This document shows, piece by piece, positions 8,982 to 18,298 of a DNA stretch of 54,850 nucleotides. The notes beneath the pieces were generated by a model, which was not told the origin of the DNA, ran no database searches, and was given only the letters and a program-made list of their open reading frames with translations. The DNA comes from Candidatus Komeilibacteria bacterium CG11_big_fil_rev_8_21_14_0_20_36_20 (GTDB taxonomy: Bacteria > Patescibacteriota > Patescibacteriia > UBA1558 > GWA2-36-10). The DNA lies in the NCBI GenBank assembly GCA_002787405.1, contig PCWQ01000014.1:1-54850 (forward strand), read 5' to 3'. Made by a program: the position numbers and the translations under genes. Positions within the stretch are counted from its first letter, which is position 1. Every line of letters begins with the position of its first letter.

Positions 8982-9494
8982 ATGATAGACCTGAAAAAAT
9001 GGCCGATTGTACTAGCCGTAATCATAATCCTGCTGTTTGTAGGCTTGATTATTTTTCATGCAGCTTTTGTCTCGTTTGTAGACAATTACGAACTGGGATT
9101 AGTCTACAATCGATTCAGTGGTGAAATTACGCCATTGGAGCGCACAGGATACTTTATCTTTCCGCCTTTTAAGTACTCAGTACACTCGATTGATTTGCGA
9201 CCATATCAATTATCTATTACCGCCAGTTTTGGAAATGAATTTTCTTCGCGCGGCGGTTCCGGTATTCCTTCCCGTGTCTTAAATGCTAAATTGGTAAGGT
9301 TTAACCCCGAGGGACTGGAAACCTTTGTGGAATGGCACGGACGCGATGCTGGTGACGATCTTGGTAATCTCAAAGAAATCATGAAGTGTTATGCCTTTGA
9401 CAAGGAAGGCGGGAAAGATTGTCCATTCATCATTGTCTTGAGCGAGATAAATCCGAGCCAAAGCCCCGATGATACGGAAACGGATGGAGAATAA
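8982..9494 (+). CDS. Membrane-anchored SPFH/band-7-like protein (short, paralog A)
   Basis: TM helix, then VDNYELGLVYNRFSGEI...GYFIFPPF...IDLRP resembling the SPFH N-terminal subdomain; SD AAAGGAG. Confidence 0.6.
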   Translation: MIDLKKWPIVLAVIIILLFVGLIIFHAAFVSFVDNYELGLVYNRFSGEITPLERTGYFIFPPFKYSVHSIDLRPYQLSITASFGNEFSSRGGSGIPSRVLNAKLVRFNPEGLETFVEWHGRDAGDDLGNLKEIMKCYAFDKEGGKDCPFIIVLSEINPSQSPDDTETDGE

Positions 9495-9946
9495 TGAAAA
9501 GCAAAAATAAATGGTTAGTTGGGATTTCCACTACTATTTTTGCTATACTTCTCCTGTCTTATTTTATCTTCCTCAATTACACAGAACCTACCGAGATTGG
9601 AATTGCCAGGAATATTTTTACTGGTAAAATGTGGATGCAGGAAGGCGGAGGATGGCACAGAACAGCACCATGGGTCTTAGTAGCAAAGATAGATACCCGA
9701 CCAATGCGGGTAGCCATAACTACTGCTGGGCATGGCTTTAATGCCAGACTAGTTCAGTTTAATTGCAAAGAATGGAGAAGTTTTGTAGAAACTGAAGGGT
9801 TTCGCTACTGGTGGTGGACAAATCGTATTTCCTACAACTTTGGTTATGACGAAGAATACCGAGGTATGAAGGACATAATGAGAGGGTATGCTTTTGCTAC
9901 AAAAGAATATCCTTTCATAAAAATTCTCGAGCAATATACACAATAA
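9494..9946 (+). CDS. Membrane-anchored SPFH/band-7-like protein (short, paralog B)
   Basis: TM helix, TEPTEIGIARNIFTGK...GWH.TAPW...IDTRP; TAATG overlap with paralog A. Confidence 0.6.
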   Translation: MKSKNKWLVGISTTIFAILLLSYFIFLNYTEPTEIGIARNIFTGKMWMQEGGGWHRTAPWVLVAKIDTRPMRVAITTAGHGFNARLVQFNCKEWRSFVETEGFRYWWWTNRISYNFGYDEEYRGMKDIMRGYAFATKEYPFIKILEQYTQ

Positions 9947-9952
9947 TGTGTT

Positions 9953-10000
9953 AAATGGCGTATTAATTCTCACAGGGGAAGATACGCCATTTTGTTTTTC
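9953..10000 (+). terminator. Terminator of the SPFH-like pair
   Basis: AAATGGCGTAT...ATACGCCATTT followed by a T tract. Confidence 0.7.
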
Positions 10001-10049
10001 TATTTTTTATTTTATGTTATAATAGATCTGATTTATAAAAAAATTATCT

Positions 10050-10400
10050 ATGAAGAAAGCAAAGTATTTATTTTTAGTATTATTACTTCTGCCGGGAACG
10101 GCTTTAGCCCAAACTGATCCTTTTGGGTTAAATGAGTTAAGCGAGACAGAATTAGGAACTAAGGATTTGAATGATACCATTGCCGGGGTCATTAATATCG
10201 TTTTGGGTTTTTTGGGCATCCTAGCTATACTCGGCATTATCTACGGCGGTTTTAAAATGATGACCTCCGGAGGTAACAGTCAAGACACTGACGCTGGTAA
10301 ACAGGCAGTGGTGGCCGGAGCGATTGGCTTACTGATAGTTTTTGCCGCTTATGCCATTTCCCGATTTGTCCTTAATTCTCTAGTTAACGAAACAATATAA
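10050..10400 (+). CDS. TrbC/VirB2-like pilin (CPR type)
   Basis: Signal peptide (ALA-Q), two hydrophobic helices with IIYGGF.MMTSGG...GK...AIGLLIVFAAYAI. Confidence 0.82.
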   Translation: MKKAKYLFLVLLLLPGTALAQTDPFGLNELSETELGTKDLNDTIAGVINIVLGFLGILAILGIIYGGFKMMTSGGNSQDTDAGKQAVVAGAIGLLIVFAAYAISRFVLNSLVNETI

Positions 10401-10407
10401 ACAAAGC

Positions 10408-10462
10408 AAAAAACCACCTTGTAACTTTTTGAATTTAGCTCAATTAGCTTAAGGTGGTTTTT
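10408..10462. terminator. Bidirectional composite hairpin terminator
   Basis: AAAAACCACCTT...AAGGTGGTTTTT between convergent genes. Confidence 0.7.
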
Positions 10463-10475
10463 AGGATAAATTTTT

Positions 10476-10649
10476 CTAAGACTGTTTTTTTAACTTTTTT
10501 TCTTTCCTCTTCTTTGCGGCTGCTATTTTAGCTGTAGTAACGGCCTGATTGATTATCTCCTCGGGGTAATATTGAAAGATTGTAGTTAGGATATCGGTAA
10601 GATATTCAACGTTCTCTTCAGGCGGAATTTTTTTATCTTGACCATTCAT
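10476..10649 (-). CDS. Small hypothetical protein, 57 aa (absent from the ORF track)
   Basis: MNGQDKKIPPEENVEYLTDILTTIFQYYPEEIINQAVTTAKIAAAKKRKEKKLKKQS; SD-like AGGAAG, TTGACA-17-TAAATT promoter, downstream terminator. Confidence 0.65.
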   Translation of the reverse strand: MNGQDKKIPPEENVEYLTDILTTIFQYYPEEIINQAVTTAKIAAAKKRKEKKLKKQS

Positions 10650-10794
10650 AGGTTGCTTCCTAGGGTTGATTTAATTTGAGTTTACAAAATATTATTTTAA
10701 TTTAGGAGTTTTAATAAGTTTTGTCAAGTTTATTTTTGATTGAAAAAATCTTGAATTTATGGTATTTTTAATTCATCTAATTTAGCAATAAAAT

Positions 10795-12396
10795 ATGAAG
10801 ATTTCAGAGGAAATTGTACTGTTGTATAAAAAACTGGATCGGATTTACCACAGGAGAGAATTAATCAGCCAGGAAGAAAACAAGATAGAAGTTGAGGACA
10901 TTACCAGTCACTTGGCTTCTCTTTACGAAAAATTAAGGAATAGTATTGATTTTAAAGATGCACATCTGTTACGTCGTTTTGCTATTGAAAGAAACCTAAA
11001 GCGGCGTTTTATTTTAGAAATGCTTAAGCCGCAAATAGCTAAGAGTTTACTGGAGGAATTAATTCGGGCTCATTATTTGCCGAATAATTCTGTGCCGGAG
11101 AGTTATATTAAACAAGTTGAAAAAATCATTGAAAAATATAATGATTTTTTTCTCTTGATGAATGACATGTACCACGGCGACGATATTAAGGATTATTTTG
11201 AATGGTTGATCGGTATTGAGGCCTGCGAAATTGATATGCTTCTACAGCCGGAAGATATTGAGGATGCAGTCATTGAGGCCATGTATCAGGTAACCAAGAC
11301 TCGCATCAAACTTAAAGGTGACGAGATAAATATTGAGGAAAAAAACATTCAGCTTTACATTGCTATTCACAAGTCTTTGGTTAAATCTGATGATACAATT
11401 ATTTCTTATCATTTATTGAATCTATATTTTAATAACTGGCTTAAAGCTGATGATCGTTTAATTAAGTTAATGGCTAGCAAGTTGCCGGCTATTTACAATA
11501 CTATTCAGTATCATCTTAGGCACCCCTACCAAAGAAAAATCTTGCAGTCCATTAAGGAGCCGGTGGTGACCTTTCAAATTTTATATGAATTGATTTTGAG
11601 CAAAGGCCAGGATATTGAGAGTTTACTAGTGGATCCTGAATCGTTGGAATCAGAAGCAAAATTGTTAATTAACCAGAAGTATAAAAAAATTCGCGGACGT
11701 ATTCGCCGGAGTTCATTGCGGGCTATTATATATATCTTTGTTACTAAAGTTCTTTTAGCTTTAATTTTGGAATTTCCTTATGAGGTTTATATAATTAAAC
11801 ATATTAATTATTTTAATTTAGGCATTAATGTTGTTTTTCCTCCTTTACTTATGTTTTTGATTACACTGACCATTGTGCCGCCGAATAAGGAAAATACAAA
11901 ACTTATTTTGGAAAATTTGCATAATTTAGTTTATAATCGTCCCTCCCAATCAATTCTCTGCAAATTAAGCACTAAATTTCGCAAGAGTTTAAGGGCTCAC
12001 ATGTTTTATTATTTTATGTACACACTCCTATACGTCGCTGTCTTTGGTCTAATTATTTACATGTTGCGTCGGCTGGAGTTTAATATTTTGAGTGGTGGTC
12101 TATTTTTATTCTTCTTATCAGCTGTCAGTTTTTTTGCCATAAAAATACGCTCTACAGCCAAAGAGTTGATGGTTTTGAAAAGAAAAGAAAGCATTATTTC
12201 ATTCTTTATGAACTTTTTTTCTTTACCTATTTTAGCCGTTGGTCGTTGGATGTCAGTTAGATTTAAAAAGATAAATATTTTCGCTTTTGTTATGGATTTT
12301 ATTATTGAAGCTCCCTTTAAAATGTTTATTTCCGCTTTTGAAGACTGGTTAGGTTTTATGAAAGAAAAGAAAGAGGAGATTTATCACGAGAAATAA
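10795..12396 (+). CDS. Hypothetical membrane protein (large N-terminal soluble region, C-terminal TM helices)
   Basis: 533-aa ORF; YEKLRNSIDF...LLRRFAIER motif; hydrophobic C-terminal third. Confidence 0.8.
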   Translation: MKISEEIVLLYKKLDRIYHRRELISQEENKIEVEDITSHLASLYEKLRNSIDFKDAHLLRRFAIERNLKRRFILEMLKPQIAKSLLEELIRAHYLPNNSVPESYIKQVEKIIEKYNDFFLLMNDMYHGDDIKDYFEWLIGIEACEIDMLLQPEDIEDAVIEAMYQVTKTRIKLKGDEINIEEKNIQLYIAIHKSLVKSDDTIISYHLLNLYFNNWLKADDRLIKLMASKLPAIYNTIQYHLRHPYQRKILQSIKEPVVTFQILYELILSKGQDIESLLVDPESLESEAKLLINQKYKKIRGRIRRSSLRAIIYIFVTKVLLALILEFPYEVYIIKHINYFNLGINVVFPPLLMFLITLTIVPPNKENTKLILENLHNLVYNRPSQSILCKLSTKFRKSLRAHMFYYFMYTLLYVAVFGLIIYMLRRLEFNILSGGLFLFFLSAVSFFAIKIRSTAKELMVLKRKESIISFFMNFFSLPILAVGRWMSVRFKKINIFAFVMDFIIEAPFKMFISAFEDWLGFMKEKKEEIYHEK

Positions 12397-12471
12397 AATG
12401 GTTGATAGCCTATGGTGTACATAATAGTAGTCTACTATTAGCTATACGTTATCAGCTATAAGCAAAAAAAT

Positions 12472-12699
12472 ATGCCTTTACACAAAATTGCGGAATTAGT
12501 TTTTACTTTAGTGATGCTTTTATTTGTTTCAACAGTAGCTCTAGGAGTTTTGGTAGGAGTTACTATTTTGCAGGAACTATCTACCTTTGAAGTTAGTTTT
12601 AATATCCAGATGATTTTTGTGGCGGGCATGGGCGGAACTTTTTTATATATCATGAAAATGATAATTGATAAAATAAAAGATTATAATCGTTATATTTAA
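12472..12699 (+). CDS. Small 2-TM hypothetical protein
   Basis: 75 aa, two hydrophobic segments, TAATG-coupled to the next gene. Confidence 0.6.
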   Translation: MPLHKIAELVFTLVMLLFVSTVALGVLVGVTILQELSTFEVSFNIQMIFVAGMGGTFLYIMKMIIDKIKDYNRYI

Positions 12700-13688
12700 T
12701 GACTACAAACAAAGTCACGACCATTGGCGGAGCAACTCGCGATATTATGTTTTATACAGATGAAGCGCTTTTGCTCGATAATAAAGAGGATTTGCTTCGA
12801 CAGAAGCTGATTGCTGTTGAATACGGCGCTAAAATTTACAGTCAGGACGTTTTTTTTACTTATGGCGGCGGTGGAGCCAATACGGCAGTTAATTTCGCTT
12901 CTTTAGGTATTAAAACCCAAACCATTTTGTCTGTGGGGGATGATTTTGTCGGACAAAATATAATTAAGTACCTCAAAAGTAAAAAAATAAACACAAATTT
13001 AATTCAAAAACATCCCCAATTAAAAACAGCTACTTCTTTTATTGTTAATGTTGGTCAGTATAAAGAACATGTTATTTTTGTCTATCGCGGCGCTAATGAT
13101 GCTTTGCGTTTAAATAATCAATTAATTAGAAAAATTAATACTCCTTGGGTTTATTTAGCTTCGCCTTCATTTAAGATGATGGGAGATTTTAAAAAACTAT
13201 TTGATCATTGTCGTCGGAAAAAAATTAAGGTGGTTTGGAATCCCGGAGCCGATCAGTTAAAGCTTGGTTTAAAAAAGTTGGCTAAATTTATGAAACAGAC
13301 AGTGGTTTTTGATGTAAATCGCGATGAGGCCTTGGAGCTTTTGGTTTCCTTAAAAAAAGATAAGGTTAAAAATAGTGTTAATTATATTTTAAAGAATTTG
13401 CATCAATATGGACAAAAATTGACAGTGGTGACGGATGGCCATAGGGGAGCTTATATTTATGACGGTCAAAAAATATATTTTCGTCCAGCTTCAAAACGAA
13501 AGGGTATTAATACTACTGGAGCAGGCGATGTTTTTGGTTCCAGTTTAGTGGCTGGTTTAATCAAGTATCATTGGGATTTAGAAAAAGCTTTAAAGTTAGC
13601 CATTATTAACAGTACGGCGGTTATTATGAAAATTGGCGCCCAAGAAGGATTATTAACACAAAAAGATTTAAAAAAATATAAATTATGA
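12699..13688 (+). CDS. PfkB-family carbohydrate kinase
   Basis: GGGGANTA, WNPG, NRDEA, VVTDG.RG and TTGAGD motifs. Confidence 0.92.
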   Translation: MTTNKVTTIGGATRDIMFYTDEALLLDNKEDLLRQKLIAVEYGAKIYSQDVFFTYGGGGANTAVNFASLGIKTQTILSVGDDFVGQNIIKYLKSKKINTNLIQKHPQLKTATSFIVNVGQYKEHVIFVYRGANDALRLNNQLIRKINTPWVYLASPSFKMMGDFKKLFDHCRRKKIKVVWNPGADQLKLGLKKLAKFMKQTVVFDVNRDEALELLVSLKKDKVKNSVNYILKNLHQYGQKLTVVTDGHRGAYIYDGQKIYFRPASKRKGINTTGAGDVFGSSLVAGLIKYHWDLEKALKLAIINSTAVIMKIGAQEGLLTQKDLKKYKL

Positions 13689-14251
13689 AAAAAGCAATTG
13701 CTGAAATTTCAGCGCGACATTTACATATTTCGCCACAGCATTTAGCCAAACTTTTTGGTCCTAATTTTAAATTAAAAAAACAGCATAAACTTTCCCAGCC
13801 AGGTGAATTTGCTTCCAAACAGACTTTGGAAATAATCGGCTTGAAGAATAAACTTGAAAAAGTTCGAATTGTCGGTCCGGTCAGAAAAAAGACTCAGATT
13901 GAATTGTCTTTAACGGATTGTATCTTTTTGGGTATTAGACCTGTTTTAAGATTATCAGGTGATGTTAAAAACTCACCGGGAGTGATCTTGAAAGGGCCGA
14001 AAGGAAAATTAAAAATAAGAGAAGGAGTGATTATTCCTAAGAGACATCTGCATCTTCCAGAAAAGCAAGCCAAAAGTTGGGGTCTTAAGAACAAGCAAAA
14101 AATTAAAGTTTCATTTAAAGGTCCGCGAGCAGCGATTTTAAAAGAAGTAATGGTCAGAGTGGGCGATTATAAAACCCGAGTGCATTTAGACACTGATGAG
14201 GCCAATGCCATTGGCATAAAAAATAATGCCACTGTGGAGTTATCTTTTTAA
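13685..14251 (+). CDS. pduL: PduL-type phosphate acyltransferase
   Basis: SARHLH, LSQPGEFA, KRHLHL and VHLDTDEANA metal-binding motifs. Confidence 0.92.
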   Translation: MKKAIAEISARHLHISPQHLAKLFGPNFKLKKQHKLSQPGEFASKQTLEIIGLKNKLEKVRIVGPVRKKTQIELSLTDCIFLGIRPVLRLSGDVKNSPGVILKGPKGKLKIREGVIIPKRHLHLPEKQAKSWGLKNKQKIKVSFKGPRAAILKEVMVRVGDYKTRVHLDTDEANAIGIKNNATVELSF

Positions 14252-14267
14252 ATAAAGTATAATTTAC

Positions 14268-14342
14268 TGTCTTTGCGAGGAGCCCAGAAGGGCGACGCGG
14301 CAAACTAAAATTATAGATTGCTTCGCTACGCTCGCAATGACG
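14268..14342. repeat. REP/RPE-like palindromic element
   Basis: GTCTTTGCGAG...GATTGCTTCGCTACGCTCGCAATGAC inverted arms. Confidence 0.75.
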
Positions 14343-14353
14343 ATAATTAAGTT

Positions 14354-15517
14354 GTGATGAATAAAAAATATTTATTAATTTTAAACAACGGCAGCAGCAG
14401 TTTAAAATTTGCTCTTTTTGAGTTAAAGAAGAAAATTCTGGGGCGAGAAATATTAGCAGGTTCGGTGACTGGTAATTCACAGCAAAGTGTTTTGCATTAT
14501 TATTTAAAAGGAAAATTAAAAAAAATTAATTATTCCGAACCACATGATTTAAAGAATGCTTGGCAGTATATTTATAGTTTAGTGGAGGAATATAATGTCG
14601 GCTATGTTGGTTTTAGGATGGTTCATGGAGGAGAGGAATTTGTTAAAACAGCTAGGGTTAATAAGCAGTTTCTCAGAAAGATTGTCAAATATAATAAATT
14701 GGCTCCTTTGCATAATCCTTGGACAGTCGAGTTGATGAAATTAGTCAAATTATATTTACCCAAAGTAAAAGTAGCGGCTAGTTTTGATACGGCCTGGTAC
14801 CAGAATCTAGAGCCGGAGGCCTATCTTTATTCTTTACCACTTAAGTATTATGAGCAATATCAGATTCGTAAATATGGTTTTCATGGCTTAAGCCATGAAA
14901 TGGCTACAAAATATGCGGCCAAAAGATTGAATAGAAAACTGAATAAATTGGCTGTCATTACTTGTCATTTAGGTTCAGGCGGCAGTATTACTTTATTCGA
15001 GAGAGGAAAAGTCAAAGACACAACCATGGGGTTTTCACCAAATGAGGGTTTGACTATGGCTACACGTAGTGGTGATTTGCCAGCTAGTATTGTTTTTTAT
15101 CTGGGATCAGAATTAAAGATGTCAAATAATCAGATCAAAAATTTGCTAAATAAAGAAGCTGGTTTATTCGGTCTTTCCGGCATGTCTGATTTGCGGGAGA
15201 TTTTAAGAGCTGCTGGCTATAGAGTGACCAACTATAAATCAAAGAAAAAATTCAGTATTCAGCAAAAAAAAGTAGCCCGACTGGCCTTAGCCGTTTATAT
15301 TTATGATATTAAGCGCTATTTGGCTTCCTATATTAGTTTAAGTAAAAAACTAGAAGCAATTGTTTTTACCGGCGCAGTGGGAGTTAATAGTTCTGTTATT
15401 AGAAAATTAGCGCTCAAGGATTTAGCGGTGCCAAATAAATGTAAAATTTTAATTGCTCCGGAAGGAGAGATAATTAATTTAGTTGATAAAACTATCAAAT
15501 GTCTGATTTCCAAGTAA
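14354..15517 (+). CDS. ackA: Acetate/propionate kinase
   Basis: NNGSSSLK, RMVHGG, LAPLHNP, YGFHGLSH, CHLGSG and TRSGD motifs. Confidence 0.93.
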   Translation: MMNKKYLLILNNGSSSLKFALFELKKKILGREILAGSVTGNSQQSVLHYYLKGKLKKINYSEPHDLKNAWQYIYSLVEEYNVGYVGFRMVHGGEEFVKTARVNKQFLRKIVKYNKLAPLHNPWTVELMKLVKLYLPKVKVAASFDTAWYQNLEPEAYLYSLPLKYYEQYQIRKYGFHGLSHEMATKYAAKRLNRKLNKLAVITCHLGSGGSITLFERGKVKDTTMGFSPNEGLTMATRSGDLPASIVFYLGSELKMSNNQIKNLLNKEAGLFGLSGMSDLREILRAAGYRVTNYKSKKKFSIQQKKVARLALAVYIYDIKRYLASYISLSKKLEAIVFTGAVGVNSSVIRKLALKDLAVPNKCKILIAPEGEIINLVDKTIKCLISK

Positions 15518-15876
15518 TTAAATTAGCTCAAGAATCTGATATTTTGGAGAATTTAGTAGAGTCAGAAGAGAAGCTACAGGATTTAAATGACCGGGCTAAT
15601 ATTATTATTGATAAATATAATTCCATGACTGCGGGCGTAGAACATTCATCATTTTTTAATTTTAACAATATTTATTTTTGGTTGGTTTTAGTTGGTTTAC
15701 TACTATTAGCTTTTGGGTTATTATTTTTATTGGCGGCATTAAAAAATCCGACACCTAAAATCAAAAAAGAAATAGTTAAGCCCCTAAGACCAGTATTAAC
15801 AGTTAAAACTAGCGAAACTTTTCAACCTAAGATAAAAAAACATGCGGTTAAAATCAAAGTGCAGAAAGTTAAATAG
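15499..15876 (+). CDS. Hypothetical single-TM protein
   Basis: 125 aa; coiled N-terminus, TM helix, basic tail; overlaps the end of ackA. Confidence 0.65.
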   Translation: MSDFQVIKLAQESDILENLVESEEKLQDLNDRANIIIDKYNSMTAGVEHSSFFNFNNIYFWLVLVGLLLLAFGLLFLLAALKNPTPKIKKEIVKPLRPVLTVKTSETFQPKIKKHAVKIKVQKVK

Positions 15877-15879
15877 AAT

Positions 15880-15976
15880 ATACCCCTCTGTCCTGCGCCT
15901 GCCTGCCGGCAGACAGGAACATCTCCCCCTAATTTAGGGGGAGAAAAACCCGGCAAATGCCGGGTAGAGGGGGTAT
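15880..15976. repeat. Palindromic element (ACCCCTC...CTCCCCCT/AGGGGGAG...GGGGTA) with nested CCTGCCTGCCGGCAG repeat
   Basis: Terminal inverted arms; same family as 18684-18765. Confidence 0.75.
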
Positions 15977-16003
15977 GAAATAGAATTTATAATAAAAAAA
16001 CAA

Positions 16004-16030
16004 AATAGACTCGCTTGCGGCGAGTCTATT
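16004..16030. terminator. Bidirectional terminator
   Basis: AATAGACTCGC/GCGAGTCTATT perfect 11-bp stem. Confidence 0.75.
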
Positions 16031-16058
16031 AATTTTAGGAGTAAATAATTGAGCTATT

Positions 16059-16448
16059 TTAAGCTTTCGCATGCTTAATTAAATAAGTCAAGCAAAAAAC
16101 AATAGAATATAAAACCAGAAAATACATGTAGTAAAACATATAAGCACTAGTCTCCATCACTGAACCAGCATATAATTTTGGCACTCCGGCATTTATTATA
16201 ATACTCATAGCGGTTATAATAACTCCTGTTGCTATTCCTATTATTATAGGTTTAGGTAGTCTACTGGAGGCTAATATTGCCCCTATTGTTGTTCCTGTAA
16301 GAATTCCTATAACTGTGAAGATGATCAAGCCAAATCCTACAATGTCTTGTTTTTCTAATATTGAAGGATAGAAAAATAAGAAAGCTGAAGTAAGGATTAG
16401 AAGGCAGATTATATAAACAGTCCAACCTTTTTTTGTGAATTTACTCAT
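16059..16448 (-). CDS. Hypothetical 4-TM membrane protein
   Basis: Four hydrophobic segments; SD AAGAGG. Confidence 0.75.
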   Translation of the reverse strand: MSKFTKKGWTVYIICLLILTSAFLFFYPSILEKQDIVGFGLIIFTVIGILTGTTIGAILASSRLPKPIIIGIATGVIITAMSIIINAGVPKLYAGSVMETSAYMFYYMYFLVLYSIVFCLTYLIKHAKA

Positions 16449-16591
16449 AATATTACCTCTTAATAAAAAGAACTATTATAAATATTAACTTCAGTATATT
16501 ATATTTATAATTTTTATTCAATAACAAGAATTAATTAGCCAAAAACAGAAAATATTGCTACAATAAATGGCGTTATTAAAGCTATTTTTTT

Positions 16592-18298
16592 ATGTCATAT
16601 CTTTGGAACTTACCGCAGAAAATTGATCCAACTATCTTTGATAAATTCCCGGAATTACATCCCATTGTTGCCCAGTTACTTTATCATCGCGGATTAACTA
16701 CCCAGGAAAAAATTGATGAGTTTTTATACCCTGATTACAGTCAGGATATTCATGATCCCTGTTTATTTAAGGACATGGACAAGGCCTGCGACCGCATTTT
16801 TCAAGCCATAGACCAGCAAGAATTAATTACTATTTTTGGAGACTATGATGCTGATGGAGTTAGTGCGGCCGTGATTTTATGGTCTATTTTAAAAAATTTA
16901 GGAGCTAAAGTAGATGTTTATCTGCCTCATCGGGAAAAAGAGGGTTATGGTTTAAATAAAAACGCAATTAAAGAATTAGCTCAAAAACAAACAAAATTAT
17001 TAATTACCTGTGATTGCGGAATTAGTAATGCCGAAGAAGTTGATTTGGCTAACAGCCAGAAAATTGATGTCATTATTACTGATCACCATAGTATTCCTGA
17101 AGAAGTTCCCAAAGTATTAGCGATTATCCATCCGCAGATGAAAGACGAAAAATATCCTTTTAAATTTTTATCTGGTGGGGGAGTGGCTTTTAAATTAACT
17201 CAAGCTTTGATTAAACATTCAGGTAATAAAATTTCTGATCCGGAAAAAGAAATTCAGGAAAAGTGGCTTTTGGATATGGTGGCTATTTCTACAGTAGCTG
17301 ATATGGTGCCCTTGCTTGGTGAAAATAGGACTCTATTAAAATACGGCTTGATAGTTTTAAAAAAAACACAGCGTCTTGGTTTGCGAAAAATGATTGAAGT
17401 AGCTAGTATTGATTTTAATAAAATAGACGCTCGAGCAATTAGCTTTGGCTTGGCGCCACGGATTAATGCTGCCGGTCGCATGGATCATGCTAATTTAGCT
17501 TTTTATTTATTAACTGAGGAGAATGAAGATAAAGCTTTAAAATTAGCTACGGAATTAAATCAATCAAATCTAGAAAGGCAGCGACTTACTGAACAGATTT
17601 TTAATCAAGCCCAAAAATTAGATATTGACTTAAAAGAAAGTCTTTTAATTTTTTATCAGTCAGACTGGCCGGCTGGTTTAACTGGCTTAGTTGCTTCACG
17701 ATTAGCTAGAAAATACTCTCGACCTTGTTTGGTGGTTACTGACAGTTCAGATGGTTTGGTTGGCTCTGGACGAAGTATTGAGAATTTTAATATTACAGAC
17801 GCTTTAGAAAAAAATAATCAACTATTAATAAAATTTGGTGGCCATCCGCAAGCTTGTGGTTTTTCTTTAGTAAAAGAAAATTTTGAAAAATTGAGTATTA
17901 GTATGAAAGAAATTGCCAACCAGCAATTAAAAGATATTGTTTTTCAAAAGAAGCTAAATATTGAAATAATGATTGATTTTGAGGAGATTAATTGGGAAAT
18001 TGTTGATATCTTAGAAAAATTTAAGCCCTTTGGCAAAGATAATCCTGAACCGCTGTTTATGTCAAAAGACGTGGCCATTACCAGCGCCAGAAAAGTTGGC
18101 AGAGACGGCAGCCATTGGAAATTAGAATTAATAAAAGGCAGCAAAAAACGGGGAGCCATTGGCTTTGGTTTAAGCAACATTAATTTGGAAATAGGTCATC
18201 AAGTTGATCTGGTTTATAATTTAAGCATTAATGAATGGAATGGCAATCGGGAAATTCAATTAATTATTAAAGATATTAAGCATCATGATAAAGGGTAA
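16592..18298 (+). CDS. recJ: ssDNA-specific exonuclease RecJ
   Basis: GDYDADG, ITDHH, PRINAAGRM, GSGRS and GGHPQACG motifs. Confidence 0.96.
   Translation: MSYLWNLPQKIDPTIFDKFPELHPIVAQLLYHRGLTTQEKIDEFLYPDYSQDIHDPCLFKDMDKACDRIFQAIDQQELITIFGDYDADGVSAAVILWSILKNLGAKVDVYLPHREKEGYGLNKNAIKELAQKQTKLLITCDCGISNAEEVDLANSQKIDVIITDHHSIPEEVPKVLAIIHPQMKDEKYPFKFLSGGGVAFKLTQALIKHSGNKISDPEKEIQEKWLLDMVAISTVADMVPLLGENRTLLKYGLIVLKKTQRLGLRKMIEVASIDFNKIDARAISFGLAPRINAAGRMDHANLAFYLLTEENEDKALKLATELNQSNLERQRLTEQIFNQAQKLDIDLKESLLIFYQSDWPAGLTGLVASRLARKYSRPCLVVTDSSDGLVGSGRSIENFNITDALEKNNQLLIKFGGHPQACGFSLVKENFEKLSISMKEIANQQLKDIVFQKKLNIEIMIDFEEINWEIVDILEKFKPFGKDNPEPLFMSKDVAITSARKVGRDGSHWKLELIKGSKKRGAIGFGLSNINLEIGHQVDLVYNLSINEWNGNREIQLIIKDIKHHDKG

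Noticed and set aside
8554-10462. Integron attC sites
   Set aside because: TAAC is present but there is no complementary GTTRRRY end and no integrase.
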